A stretch of DNA of 64,000 nucleotides, from positions 116,126,001 through 116,190,000 of the forward strand of contig NC_042997.1 in assembly GCF_006345805.1 (NCBI RefSeq), read 5' to 3'. Source of the stretch: Octopus sinensis. Taxonomy: Eukaryota. The notes beneath the pieces were generated by a model. It ran no database searches, was not told the DNA's origin, and worked only from the letters and a program-made list of their open reading frames with translations. Shown one piece after another: positions 24,507 through 39,389 of this stretch (positions within the stretch are counted from its first letter, which is position 1; each line of letters starts with the position of its first letter). Made by a program: the position numbers and the translations under genes.

Positions 24507-26045
24507 CTCTCTCACACACACACACACACACCACGCACACACATGTACGTACTCACGAATACACATACGCAAATAAGCGCAGCATGTGGCTATTCGTGTA
24601 TGGCTAAAAATGTGATTGAAATTTCCAAGTATTGTTATCTTCCGTGTTTCGCTGCCTTCAACAATATCTTCGCCAGTTTCAGAAGTATTCATTGAAAAAT
24701 TATCAAAATATTTACACCCGGATATATATATGCGATGCTTCGTCTCCCTTTTTCTCTCCGTCAATAAGACATTCGTACTCGACCTCGTCTAAACAATCCG
24801 CTTTGTCTGTCAATGCCAAGCACTTAATGTCAACTTGACTTCACTTTCGAATCGTATTTATATTTTCATGTTTAAGTGATACACATACAGACATGCATAC
24901 ATATATACATACACAAATACACAATTCATACATACATACATACATGCATGCATACTTGCATACATACATATATATATATACATACTTACACACACATAAA
25001 TACATTCATACATAGATACATACATACATGCATAAGCTTTCATACATACACACTTACATACACACATACATACAAACATACATACAAAGATACATACATA
25101 GATATATACATACACGCATACATATATATACATACACATATACATATATGCATACACACCTACAAAATTCATACGTACATATATTCATACATGCATGAAG
25201 ACTTGCATAACACACACATGCATACATTCATACATAGACACATACATACATGCACGCATAAGCTTTCATACATACATACACACATACAAAATTCATACGT
25301 ACATACATTCATTCATACGTGCATACGTGCATACATAGATATATACATACATACACGCACACATTCATACATACACATACATATGTACATACGTACACGC
25401 ACGCATAAGCTTTCATGCATACATACATACGTACATTAACTAAGTTGGCTCCATTAATATTCGAGCAACAGGGTGCATACCAACCCTCACGGAGCAAAGT
25501 TTGACTGACCTTGGGATTTTGGAGAGAACGCAAATCGTTAATACATGCGCTCCAAATGCTCAAGATATCTAGAACAATAAAACTCTGCAAGTCTTTCTTA
25601 AGATTTAAAGGATGATGGTTAAATCATGATGCTTAACGCCATAAACCTTGCTGGCCGCTGAAAATTTACTCTAAATTCAAAAGAGATATAGGAGACATAC
25701 ATACATACATACATACATACATACATACACAAACATACATACATACACACACACAACATACATACACACATACATACATAAACACACATACATACACACA
25801 CATACACATACATACACACATACACATACATACACATCCACACATACACATACATACACACACATTCATACATACACACACATTCATACATACACACATA
25901 CATTCATACATACACACACATACATTCATACATACATACACACACATTCATACATACATACACACACATTCATACATACACACACACACATTCATACATA
26001 CATAGACACACACACACATACATACATACACACAAGTAGATACAT
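22860..26045. repeat. Degenerate CA / CATA microsatellite fields
   Basis: Blocks at about 22860-23415, 23885-24370, 24880-25435 and 25695-26045, separated by short unique islands. Confidence 0.9.
24389..24472 (+). CDS. Possible 84-nt internal exon (phase 1-1)
   Basis: gtcttcttactttag acceptor; open frame (D)QSFTVSLAMFLQSNIFISEEQAFFHST(G); weak donor ag|gttctc. Confidence 0.25.
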
Positions 26046-26261
26046 ACAAATATATTCTAAGTATTTTTATTCTGTTGATGGTACGTTCACAGAAGTATCT
26101 TTAGCTGTCATGTTCCCGACTAGTCATAAACAGGTTTGTCAAAGTCCAAACAAGATTAACTCCGTAAACCAGTCACCAATAAAATATATACAGATTATTT
26201 CTAGAACTATTGAGAAGTATGTGAAAAAGCCTGGTTCTTACGAAGAGACAAACAAGACTGC

Positions 26262-26369
<108 letters not shown>

Positions 26370-26954
26370 GTGCCTGTCTGTCTGTCTAAGTGCCTGTATG
26401 TCTGTCTGTCTGTCTCTAAGAAAGCCCCAGAATATGACAAGGCCCTGAAAAAGGCCGGAGTGTACGATGACCAAAATATAGGGACCGTGTGTGTGTGTGT
26501 GTGTGTGTATGTGTGCGTGCGTGCATGTATGTATGTTTACTAATCTCTGCTTTTGGCATTACAGCTTTGATAAATATAGAATGGAACCAAATTCTTCTTT
26601 CGCTCGAGCATCGTATCGATTGTATCTGCATACTACAACACGAGGCAGTTTGATTATGGAATTCTATTTGAAACGTGTGTAGCTGATTAAATCGTTGTTT
26701 GACCTTCATTCTTTCAGGGTTTTCTTTTTCTATTATACTCTATAGTTAATGTACCGAATTTGTTCAGTGTCGGATTTAGAAATTGGATATGTCACAGAAA
26801 GTGAAGTAACAATCTATGTGAATTATTGTGGTTTCAAAGGACAATTTAGAGAGTTAGGTTCGATCTCTACAGAGTGCTTAAGAGATATTCGCCCAGATTT
26901 ATTTAATCCCTTTATAAAAATATATATATAAAGAAACAAAACCTGTAATGTAAT

Positions 26955-27069
26955 CCCTAAGTAAAAGATATTAATATTATTAAAAGTTACGAATTAAAAA
27001 ATTCAAATAGAGTATTATTTAATTTCTTAATTCGTAACTTTTAATAATATTAATGTCTTTAACTTAGGG
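26955..27069. repeat. AT-rich hairpin with 49-bp arms
   Basis: ccctaagtaaaagatattaatattattaaaagttacgaattaaaaaatt matches its reverse complement at about 46 of 49. Confidence 0.85.
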
Positions 27070-27885
27070 TTTATTTTTTTATTCCTTATTTTATATTTTA
27101 TTATCTTTTTTTTTATTCCTTATATTATGAGGTGAGTTAAACTTTTAGTTTTTAGGGGTTTTTTTTTTAGGAATTTGACCTGAGGAGTGACTGTTTTGGG
27201 GAGTAAAATCATTTTCCCGTTCTAATGAACTTGGATGTGTGGAATTGCTTTTCGTTCAAACTGTGAAAGTTTGATTTAGAATCTAACAAATGAAATACGA
27301 AATTCTAGTTAATGCTCACATTTACAGGGATTTATGAAGAGTGGGTGAAAGGGAAGTAAACACCGCTAGGTAATTGCCATAAAATTATATTGGGATGTAG
27401 GTTATCGAACCATGCAAAATAAAACACTAATGAGATCAAATTTAATGGGGAACTGTTACAAAAATGGTGAAATTAACTAAGTGGAAATGAAAAATGGGAG
27501 AGCGTCCTAACAGTGGGTTATACCGATAATGGATTGGAACAATAAAATAAATGAAAAAATAAATGGATGACGCAAGCCTACAGCGAAGGTCATTAGCGAA
27601 TTGTTTTATATGGAAGACAGAAAAAGTGAAACTTGATTAAAATATGAAGCGGAATTGAAGAAGACATTACATTATTAAAGTCGCTCTAAGCAGTGTTGAA
27701 TGAAGTATAGTTATGTAGTGCCTTATTCAACATACTGGCTTATGTTAGGGTATACAAAGACGTCCTTCAAGGCATAAAGGCGTGTTTACGTAACGTATTG
27801 TTTATGAGGAAACAATATAGTTTTCTCTCGAGACAAGGTCTTCTCTTTCTTTGTCAAAATGTAAATAAAACTGTAAATAACTATT

Positions 27886-28205
27886 TTACTTGTTTTAGTC
27901 ATTAGACTGTACCCAGGCTGGAGCACCGCCTTGAAGAATTTTAGTCGAACGAATCGACCTCGGTGCTTGCTTTTCTTTTTAAGGCTGGTACTTATTCGAT
28001 GAGTCTCTTTTGCTGAATCGCTAAGTTACGGGGATGTAAACACACCAACACCGGTTGTTAAGCGGTGATGAGTGACACACACAACACACACACACACACA
28101 TATATATATACACACACACAAACGCGCATATACATTCATACTTACATATATACACATACCCAAACGGTCACAGGCACACACACACACATGTATATATAGA
28201 AACAT

Positions 28206-28247
<42 letters not shown>

Positions 28248-28503
28248 AATGCAAGGAAATAAGCACCTTGTAGGGGTGCAAAACATCCAAGTTTCACTGG
28301 TTAACTGTTCAATGCTCAGTATATAATATTTGGCAAACGGAAACTGAAAGAAGCACATCATATGTGTGTGTATATAAGGAGAGAGAGCATGACCGTAGTC
28401 TAATAACTAAAACAAGTCACCAAATCCACTCACAAGGCTACGAAGTGAGATTGAACCAGGAACCGTGTTGTTGGGAAGCAAGCCTCTTACCACACAGTCA
28501 AGT
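27886..28503 (-). mobile_element. SINE family B, interrupted
   Basis: Tail half 27886-28077 and head-like fragments 28330-28503, separated by microsatellite and another repeat. Confidence 0.65.
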
Positions 28504-28538
28504 CCACGTGTTAAACAGCTCCTATTAATATTTAACAG

Positions 28539-28667
28539 GTCTGTCTGGAGATATTGTCCAGTCTGCATTTGAGTTGCTGCCCAGAACAGGAGAGGCAATC
28601 ACTTCTCATGTAGTTGCGGCTGTTATTCGCACTAGAAGAGAAGTGAAGCTTTCTGGGCGCCAGATTG
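28539..28667 (+). CDS. Candidate 129-nt internal exon of an unidentified gene (phase 1-1)
   Basis: tattaatatttaacag acceptor, g|gtatgt donor, open frame (G)LSGDIVQSAFELLPRTGEAITSHVVAAVIRTRREVKLSGRQI(G), higher GC than flanks. Confidence 0.5.
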
Positions 28668-28979
28668 GTATGTACGTACAGGGCTAAAGAAGTGCTGTAT
28701 GTCACATCGTACTTGTCATAAAGTAAAGCCGTACTTATTATAAAATTTGCTCTTTAACCTTATTTTTACAAAGCAGTGAAGTTATTTACCTGCGACTCGG
28801 GACTCAGTATCCAGGTCAGTAGGCCTATTCCTGCTACCGTCAACCGCTTGACTACGGGAGCCGTGTCAAGTAGGATCATCACAGGATCGACAAAAACACT
28901 CTGATGTAATGATGAAGGTCACAGCACACAAAACTAATAACCGCACACAAAACTAACAACTGCACACAAAACTAACAAC

Positions 28980-29023
<44 letters not shown>

Positions 29024-29059
29024 GTTAAATTTAAAGAAAAGAAATGATGAAGGCAAGTG

Positions 29060-29160
29060 AGTGTACAACAAGCAGGTGTATTATTTCACGCTCAGGAAGA
29101 ATAGAAAAGTGTTGACGTTTCGGACTTACCTCTTCGACAGAAAGGAATGAGAGGAAAAAA
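29060..29160 (-). repeat. Repeat with decayed CUGUCGA-type hammerhead motif
   Basis: CCUUU-CUGUCGA-A-GAGGUAAGUCC-GAAA-CG-UC; downstream ttcctgagcgt..aata shared with 11580-11610. Confidence 0.5.
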
Positions 29161-29174
29161 TATGTGCGGCGACT

Positions 29175-29192
29175 ATATACATACATATATAT

Positions 29193-29275
<83 letters not shown>

Positions 29276-29279
29276 ATAT

Positions 29280-29329
<50 letters not shown>

Positions 29330-29388
29330 TATTATATATATATTATATGTATATATATATTATATTATATAAATATATATATTAATAT

Positions 29389-29425
<37 letters not shown>

Positions 29426-29434
29426 AAAATATAT

Positions 29435-29476
<42 letters not shown>

Positions 29477-29491
29477 ATATATATATATATA

Positions 29492-29523
<32 letters not shown>

Positions 29524-29536
29524 TATATATAAATAT

Positions 29537-29594
<58 letters not shown>

Positions 29595-29615
29595 TATATA
29601 TATATATATAATTAT

Positions 29616-29647
<32 letters not shown>

Positions 29648-29653
29648 CTATAA

Positions 29654-29710
<57 letters not shown>

Positions 29711-29840
29711 AATATATATATATATATATATAAATTATATATATATATATATAATAAAAATATATATATAAGATATATAAAATATATATATATATATATA
29801 AATATAATATATATATATATAAATATATATTATATATATA

Positions 29841-29878
<38 letters not shown>

Positions 29879-29907
29879 TAAATATTATATATATATTTAT
29901 AAATTCT

Positions 29908-29942
<35 letters not shown>

Positions 29943-29978
29943 AATAATATATATATATATATAATATATATAATATAT

Positions 29979-30009
<31 letters not shown>

Positions 30010-30019
30010 ATAAATATAT

Positions 30020-30054
<35 letters not shown>

Positions 30055-30150
30055 AATATATATATATATATTATATATATATATATATTATATATATATA
30101 TAAATATATATATAATAATATAAATATATATATATATATTATAAATATAT

Positions 30151-30181
<31 letters not shown>

Positions 30182-30274
30182 ATATATATATATATATAAA
30201 TATATAATATATATATAATATATATATAATATATTATATATATTATATATATATATAATATAATATATATATAT

Positions 30275-30317
<43 letters not shown>

Positions 30318-30356
30318 TATATATCTAAATATATATAGATAAAAATATAATATATA

Positions 30357-30447
<91 letters not shown>

Positions 30448-30468
30448 TATATATAATATATAATATAA

Positions 30469-30561
<93 letters not shown>

Positions 30562-30595
30562 TTATATATTATATATATATATTATATATATATAT

Positions 30596-30637
<42 letters not shown>

Positions 30638-30670
30638 CTATATATATATATATATAATATATATATATAT
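29175..30670. repeat. ~1.5-kb degenerate (AT)n microsatellite
   Basis: Almost pure A/T alternation with irregular slips. Confidence 0.95.
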
Positions 30671-30955
30671 GTTTCGACCAAAGATTGCCACAAGGTATTC
30701 TAATTTAATAGTACAAACTTGATTATCAGCTTTGTAGTATGATGGCCCATTCAAGTTGGGAGTTCTTGTTGAGTGAGTTATATCCAGATATAGGTGGGTT
30801 ATCTGGTATCTTTTGCAGCAATTTGTACAGATTCCGTTTTAAAATTATGGAATATATGTTTCCTCCTTGATTTGTTTTGGGACAATGTTAAATAGGATAG
30901 GGCCTGTTGAGGGAAAGAAATTGTGTTGCAGTGCATTTATGTGTTGTGATGTATG
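30671..30955 (-). mobile_element. CR1-like LINE 3' end
   Basis: QHNFFPSTGPILFNIVPKQIKEET / KLLQKIPDNPPISGYNSLNKNSQLEWA, homologous to the C-terminus of ORF 56776-57555. Confidence 0.75.
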
Positions 30956-32691
30956 TATAACACATACGCACACGGTAAGAGGCACACACCCAATTACATC
31001 ACATATATATATGTATATTATACACACACATATATATACATATATAGATACACACACACACATAATATATATATATATATATATATCCACAAACACACAC
31101 ACATATAAATATATACATGCATATATACATAGAAACATATATATATATATATTATATATATATATATAATATATTATATATATATATATAACTCCAATGC
31201 AAGGAAATGAGCACCCCTTGAGGGATGTAAAACATCCAGTTCACTGGTTAGCTCTTCAATTCTTAATATATATTTAGTAGAAAATTTCTTCAATATAATT
31301 GGTTTATATTTATCATCTACATATATATAAATACATTTAAATCAATATAACAATATATATAATTTATATGTAATTATCTATTCTTTCAAATTAAAACATA
31401 TTTTTAATGTAAATAATCATAGCTTATATAGATTTTATTATATTATCATACGAATAAAAGTAGAGTATAAAAACAATTTTTATTTATATATTACAATATA
31501 AATCTATATAAGCTCTGATTATTTAGATGAAATATGTTTTTAATTTGAAAGAATAAATAATTATATATTATATATTTTTATATTGATTTATATATATATA
31601 AGTATATATATATATGAGTAGATGTATATTTGCATTTATTTATATATTATAAAATATTATATGTATTACTTTATAAATTATTGATTATGGAATGTAATTT
31701 AATAAATAAATTAATCAAGGAAATAAATAAAATAAATTAATGATATGCTGATGTAATTGTAACATGATAATTGATGTGGTAAACAGAAAGTTCTCGTATT
31801 TACTCATCTTTATCACGTGATACACATTTTGAATATAATAGATGTTTAAAACAGTAACTATTATCTTGATTATACGCTGAAACGAATCATATTTATTGTA
31901 ATTCCCCCCAAATGGTTTCAATACGGTTTAACAGAAAGATATGGAAGAATTAGATGAACGTTCTCCGGTTATTTCATATATTACTAATAAAGTATATTTT
32001 ATTATATATAATATAATATTGTATAATTTAATGGCGTTTTTTTTTTCTCTAGTTTCAGCTCAGAGCTGTGGCCATGCTGATGCACCGCCATTATGTATAA
32101 ATTTATATTATATAATTTTAATTTTATCTTAAATGCATTTAAATTAGACTTTAACTATGTTTTCAAAAATAATATATGATTTGGTTCATACTGAATAAAT
32201 TTATCATAAAGGTTTTCGTACTTACATAAATAGATTTCCATTAGCTTATAATTAGTGAATAACGTTTTTTTTTTAAATAATATCTTTAATAAATTTTATT
32301 TGTAGGATTTATTATTTACGGTTCTTCTCCTTTTTACGAATGTATGAATGCATAAAAATAATGTGAGTACATAAATTTACATACGTTTTTTCAGAGGAAA
32401 ATAAACATAAGTTATTTTAAAGTATTTTACATACATATTAGTACGAATAACAAAAAAGAGTTTTTCTGAAATATTCTTTGTGAAAATAGTAAATAATGGT
32501 GTTTATTCGAGAATATATTTAGTAAATTTATATTATGATAATATGTGTTTGCAGTTTCTATTTCTTTCGAACGTATTGATACTTACGTAATATATTTGCA
32601 TGGGTTTATTTTCTTTTATAAAAACTAAATAACTTTTGATTGAATTCTTAACATACACATTACTATGGATAATATATAATGAATATAGTAT

Positions 32692-32901
32692 ATCGTGAAG
32701 TATATTTGCCACTTAAATGTGGCAAATGGCTAACCCTTAAGGTTTGATGCTACTGTGCTCTATGAGTATTTGCAAATACTCATAGGACAAAGAAAGTGTG
32801 TCAATAGCCAGCTGGAGGAGGTGTTCTCCTGGGGCTACAAGCTACAGTAGCATCAAAACTTAAGGGTTAGCCACATTTAAGTGGCAAATATACTTCACGA
32901 T
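32692..32901. mobile_element. 210-bp nested-palindrome MITE-like element
   Basis: Outer arms atcgtgaagtatatttgccacttaaatgtggc match perfectly; second inverted pair tggctaacccttaag..tgatgctactgt; internal hairpin 32760-32785. Confidence 0.8.
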
Positions 32902-33540
32902 GTCGTGCAGCTACTGTTTATACCCTGCTCAGAGATTTGTTATTGAATATAGTATAATTTATAAAATTAATTATAATATTATTTAATGTCGGCGTGGTTG
33001 AGATAAGGAATATTTTTCTTAGAAAATTCTTTTGTGTATGTTGTAATTTTCTTAATAGTATAGAACTGGAAGTCAATATTTACAGTTTTACAATAAATTA
33101 ATAACGGATTCTTTCTCTTTTAAAATGCTAACGCGCAGAAATATACATAAATAAATATTCTCAAATATGCACACACACATTTTATAACCGTTATATTTTA
33201 TATCATTTATTATTTTTTAAAATCAGATTATTGACGCTCACACTCACAAACGTAAACATATATTGATTAAACCTGTTTTGCAATTTTAAACTTCTCATAT
33301 GTGATTTTCTTTCGTTACCCTGATGAAATTCTTACCCAAAAATATTTCCATAATATAAATTTTATAAATTTGGTGTTGGTTTTTGGGTTTGAATAGAAAC
33401 GATTGTAGGGATTGTATCTATATTTATTTTTATATTATTGTAATTAAAATAATATATGTCAAATTAAATTAGCATATATCAATTTGAACTTTCCATTTTT
33501 CTTGTTATCTATCTATATCTATTTATATCTATCTCTCTTT

Positions 33541-33619
<79 letters not shown>

Positions 33620-33870
33620 AATATATATATATATATATATATAATATATATATGCACACATAAGTATAGGCATAGAATATGCTTCTTCGAAGAATTACGA
33701 ATAGGAGATTCTATACATGCATGTTTTTCATACATGTACGATACTCTTGTAACTCATACCTTGTGATGAAACACGTATAACATGGAATAAATTCCAAATG
33801 TTCACAGTCATCTTATTTGAAATATATACGTATATCATGATCATATATACGTATCTATCTATTTATATCT

Positions 33871-34822
33871 GTCTGGGGATTAGTGGAGGGGAGGTACGAC
33901 GACGATCTTGGGGCAAACTTGGGCGTCGACGAGGAATACCTGACCCGCCTGTTTGAAAAGACTTTCGGGCCGGGACCTATGGACAACTTCCAGAGATCCC
34001 TGGCCTGGCAGTGCTACCGAGAAGCGCTACCCGTTCGGGATAAGCTCTATAGGCATGGCTCGAGAAACACGGGGCCGACCTGCCCGAGATGCGGGCAGAG
34101 CGACGAAACCATTCTGCACGCAATAGTGCAGTGTCCAACAATCTCAGACCTGTGGGACGTGTCGGTTTATCAGCCGAGTCTATCGTTAATATCGTCACGC
34201 CTCTTTTCTTCAAACGGGAAGGAAGAGCTATTTTTATCATACTTGTGGCTATGGCGAAAGAATGTATCTGGTGGACGCGCCTGAAAGGATTAGAGACAAA
34301 CACTTTCCTCTCTGGTCAATCTCTCATTACCTTCTTCAAGTATCACTTGAAGAGGAAAGTGAGAGTAGAGAGGCAAGTGTTGTCTAGTGAATGTTTTAAA
34401 AAAAGATGGGTGAATGTAGCAAGAATGGCACGTATGAATGACGAAGCCACCTTGACTATGATCCTATGAACCGTAAAAATTAATACAGAGAGTTGCTTAT
34501 TTGTAAAAAAATATAACATGTGACTTCATTGACCGAGGTTACCGTGGTCTTTTCCGTAGGCTTTTCTTTCCACGTGTAAGCCTCACCTGTCCTCCCCTTT
34601 ACACTTTATATTGACATTTCTGTGATAACGATCCCTATTGATCAATTCCCCCCCTTTTTTTATTTTATTTTTAAAATGTTATCCCCCCCTTTTTTGTCCT
34701 CTTCCTCTCCTTTTGCGATCCTTTTTGATCGAAAACCAAACCCCCTTTTTTACCCCCAAAAGAAAAGCTCTACCTTGTAATTTGTCATGTCTGTGTGCAG
34801 CCCTGTGTGGCTAATAAAGAAA
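33871..34822 (+). mobile_element. L1/Tx1-clade LINE 3' fragment
   Basis: zf-RVT-like CPRCGQSDETILHAIVQC after LAWQCYREALPVRDKLYRHG; one frameshift; pyrimidine-rich 3' UTR ending aataaagaaa. Confidence 0.8.
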
Positions 34823-34852
34823 CATATCTATCTATCAGTATATCTATCAGTA

Positions 34853-34919
<67 letters not shown>

Positions 34920-35685
34920 ATCCATCCCTCCCTCCCTCCATACACGATTACACTACCCGCATCCATACGCAAACGTATAACTGTTTGTGTCCATAGAAAT
35001 TTGATAAATGTCAATACATTTTTTTACAGCTATTTATTCCGAAAAATAAATGTTATTTTCCCACTTTTACTTTTTGTCATAGCAATGCTAGAGTTGTTGC
35101 TGCAGTTGCAACCATTGTTTATCACTTCGGTTACTGCTGCTGCCGCTGGTGCTATCGTTGCTGTTGGTAATGATGTTTATGTTTTCGCTATATATATATA
35201 TATATGTGTATATATAACATTTCAGGTATTTTCGCACAATCCAATACACTCTCAAAGTGTTCCATTTTTTATATGCTATTCCACTCTGAAAATGAATAGT
35301 ATATCACGTAGCATTGAATCACTTACTTTCACTCAGATTTAATGAAATATCATAAATTGTTGACGAAGTTCTGATATCATTGATATTACTTATTTTTAAC
35401 ATTCTCCCCCCTCTCTCTATATATATATATATGTGAAAATATTTTCATAGCTGCGGGCGAACTTTCAGAGATTCCTAGATCTCTCTTGATTCTATTAACA
35501 CACACTTCTCACGTTTTATTTTCCTACCGTAATATATGCATACATTTACGTTCATACATTTACGTTCATACATTTCCCCAATACCCATACGTACAAGATA
35601 TGTATCTGTTTGTGTATGTATTTATATATCTACACAAACAAACACACACACACATGTATATATAAAAAATGGATACATACACACA

Positions 35686-35727
<42 letters not shown>

Positions 35728-35819
35728 CACACACACTCACATACTTATATATATGTATATAATAATCCCCACTTAAACGTGGGTGTTCTGTTAGAAAAAA
35801 AGACAACTTTTGTGCGTTA

Positions 35820-36090
35820 GTTACCACGAGAAAAACTCCCATATTAGCTTTTGACGTAAAATGAACTATTGTTTATGTCGCTTGCGGGGAGATGAATCAC
35901 CGCCACCTCCAACTCACGTGATTTCGACCTTCCTTGGTCTCATCAATGACGGACGCCCGACCGCTAGAGACAGCAGCGACTCCGCAGCCCTTTGCCAGCG
36001 ATATATAAAATAACGGAGCCAGAATAGGTGCTGGCGCCGCGATTAGCCAGCGAGGTTTTTATTAGCGACAGAGGCAGCACTAAAACCCTC
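35820..36090 (-). other. GC-rich island with decayed hammerhead-like motif
   Basis: UUGAUGA-GACC(aaggaa)GGUC-GAAA-UCACGUGA at about 35913-35946; TA-rich box near 36001-36010. Confidence 0.35.
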
Positions 36091-36173
36091 GGTTACCGAT
36101 GTGTATTACTCCCCCCCCCTATATAATAAATATATAATATATAATATATATCATATATATATATATATATATA

Positions 36174-36216
<43 letters not shown>

Positions 36217-36519
36217 AGGAATTTTAGTCGAACGTATCGGCTCCACTACATTTTTTTAATATATAAAGCCTAGTATTTATTTTAGCGGTCTTCTACCGAA
36301 CGGCTAAATACGAGGTCGTAAGCACTCTATCACCGGTTGTTAATTGGTGGTAAGAGACATACATACACTCATACATACCACTACATACATACGTATGTAA
36401 TGTATTACGCACACACACATCGTATACATACATACATATGACGAGTGTTTCAGTTGATCCCATCAACGGAATGGCTTGTTCGTAAAATTAACGTTTGGCT
36501 GAGCACTCCACTAATACAG

Positions 36520-36638
<119 letters not shown>

Positions 36639-36744
36639 CCGATTATTAATAAAAAATGTGCACCTAGTCATGTTTTGAGTCCTATTTTCACTCTTTACAT
36701 CAGTAAACTCATATAAAAGAGTAAATACGCTCTTCACTCATTAA

Positions 36745-37040
36745 TATCCATGGGATTACACCTAGAAAGTTCTCCTCCGACGCCCAAGTCCGTGCAAGGT
36801 TGTTTTTGGAAGACCAGCAGCCGCCCATGCATACCAGCCTCTCCTCTGCAAGCCACCGATGTTATCTAAAGAAAGGCCGATACAGCTTGGCATCTTTGAT
36901 GTCACAACTCATTTCTACAGCTGACTGAACTGGAGCAACGTGAAATAAAGTGTCTTGCTCAAGGCCACAACACACATCCCAGTCCAAGAATCAAAATCAC
37001 TACCTCATGATTGTGGGTCCAACACTCTAACCACTAAGTC
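36745..37040 (-). mobile_element. SINE family C-related copy
   Basis: ggagcaacgtgaaataaagtgtcttgctcaagg...ctctaaccactaag, shared with 20880-20995. Confidence 0.65.
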
Positions 37041-37083
37041 ATCAAACTGATATAGATACATATATGCATACACACACTCACAC

Positions 37084-37142
<59 letters not shown>

Positions 37143-37143
<1 letters not shown>

Positions 37144-37838
37144 TGGCATACCTCGGCTTAAGTCGTTTAAATTTAAGTGGTTCTCGATTATACGTCGGTT
37201 TTCAAAAATAGTATATGGAATAACAGAAATCAAGTTAAGTCGTTTTACTCGACTTTACGTCTATCCGCCACAAATATTGGAATCGTAAAATCACTAGAAA
37301 ACCGTCGAAAGCAAATAAAATCATGTTACTGGGCAATAGATAAGAATAAAAGCATATAAAATCATGTTAAAATACGTACAGTAAATGTTAAGATACACAC
37401 CATAAAGTAGTGTAGCTTAGTGAACGAAATCATAAAATTAACAAATTGTGTGTACATATTGGTAAATTTAAAATAATTTAGTCTTTTTTTAATATTACGA
37501 AATGATAATTTTTGAAGTTGTCTTTTAAGGCTTTTATTTTACCATGTCTTATTGCAAACCGCATTCACAAATAAAGCGTCCGCGATGTAAGGTAAATACT
37601 GCCAAATTGTATTCGTAAATTTAGATTAATTTTTTGTTTTTACTGTATTAAAAAATAAAAATTATTTGTTTGTAAGCTTAAAATATTTTTTTAAACCATA
37701 AATAAAGGGTAGAACTGGGAATGGTTATTATTAGTTTAGCCTAGAAACAAGTAAATTCGGTCTAGCCTAGAGTCAAGTTAACTCGACCTAAGTCGTGTCT
37801 CCTGGAACCAACTGACGACGTAGGGTGAGTTATGCCGG
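37143..37838. mobile_element. Tigger-like non-autonomous DNA element
   Basis: TA then ctggcatacctcgg at the left end; gtgagttatgccgg at the right end; AT-rich interior. Confidence 0.55.
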
Positions 37839-38210
37839 TGTGTATGTATATATATATATATAATATATATATATATATTATATATATATATGTATGTATT
37901 AAATGTCTGAGCGAGATATAAACAGTAGCAATACGGAATCGTAACATAATTGCCAACCAAGTGTGGCATCCTATACGGGACAGTGCTACTGGCGTTTACA
38001 GCCCCAGGAGGACATCATTCCAGCTGGCTAATAGTATAGAACTTATATAAGTCAGGGTAAATCCCAGGAGCTTCCTCTTGAAGCACAATTGCTTATTTTA
38101 ACCTTACAATTAATATATATATATCCATAGTTGGTGCTGCATGTGAGTCAAAATGCATATTCAAATTGAGAATTATGGAAAAACTATTTGCAGAGATAAT
38201 TTCTAGTAAA

Positions 38211-38389
38211 ATAGGAAAAAATGGAAATCTTTTGTTATTCATTCTCCATTAGACATGTTTCATTTGCTTATAGGAGTAAAAAATTTACATACCTATCTAA
38301 CATGTAAATCTTTGTGATTCCTATTAGCAAATGAAACACGTGTAACGGAGAATAGCTAATTCCAAAAGATTTCCATTCTTTATCTTATT
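38211..38389. repeat. ~180-bp imperfect fold-back
   Basis: aatggaaatcttttg / caaaagatttccatt and tgtttcatttgct / agcaaatgaaaca. Confidence 0.75.
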
Positions 38390-39389
38390 ACACGTTATGC
38401 TATGTTTTTGAGCAAGACACTATATTTCATGTTGCTCCAGTTCATTCAGCTGTAGAAATAAGTTGAGACGTAATTGGTACCAAGTTGTATCGGCCCTTTT
38501 GCCTTTCCCTTGGTGGTGTGGTGAGAGGTGGCTGGTATGCATGGTCGACTGCTGGTCTTCCACAAAATACCTTGCTCGGGTGTCGGAGGGGAACTTTCTA
38601 GGTCATTCATAGCGAAAGGGGGTCTTTACTCTTTACCCTTTATATATATATATATAATGTTTATTAGTTTCGAGGCTGACTCGAAAATACGGCAATGATG
38701 AGTTGAAATAATATCGAAAAATTAGTATCTGTTTGGTTTTGAGGTATACTGTGATGTTTGTTAACACTTTACATTCATTGGAAATCGTTTGCTTCAGTTC
38801 ACTCAGCTGTAGAAATGAGTTGCGACGTCACTGGTGCCAAGCTGTATCGGCCTTTGCGAAATATTGATATCTGTCGATCTCATCCTTCCCCTCCGCGGCA
38901 ATTCTTTCCGTCTGGTTTTGAGGTATACCGTGTCTTTTGTTAACACTTGACATCCCCTGGACAAAATACATCAGTCTGAAAGAGTTTAACTGAAACACGT
39001 TATGTGACATGAATAATGTTTACATTATTAGGTCTGCTTTTAAATAAAAGTTTTACATATATGGCAGTGCCATATGAAACTAGTGATGAAACTAGAAAAA
39101 GACAATCAAAGATGTGTGTGTATTTACGCGTACGCGAGTGTGTGTAGATCATGTTGGTTAAATTTCGAAAACACGTGCTAGGGCTTCATCAAACTACTTT
39201 ATTCTGTGAGTTTATCTCGCCGAAGAAAGATGTTGTGATTTGCTGCTCACAGTTCCTGGTTATCTCATGGTGTTGGTGATTTTGTGTGGCTATTCGAGTT
39301 ATATTTTTTAGCTCTCATTTCTAGCAGTTGCAGGTTCTATTTGCATCTATATTTATGTATTATCCCTTTTTGGCTTTGCTATAACCACT

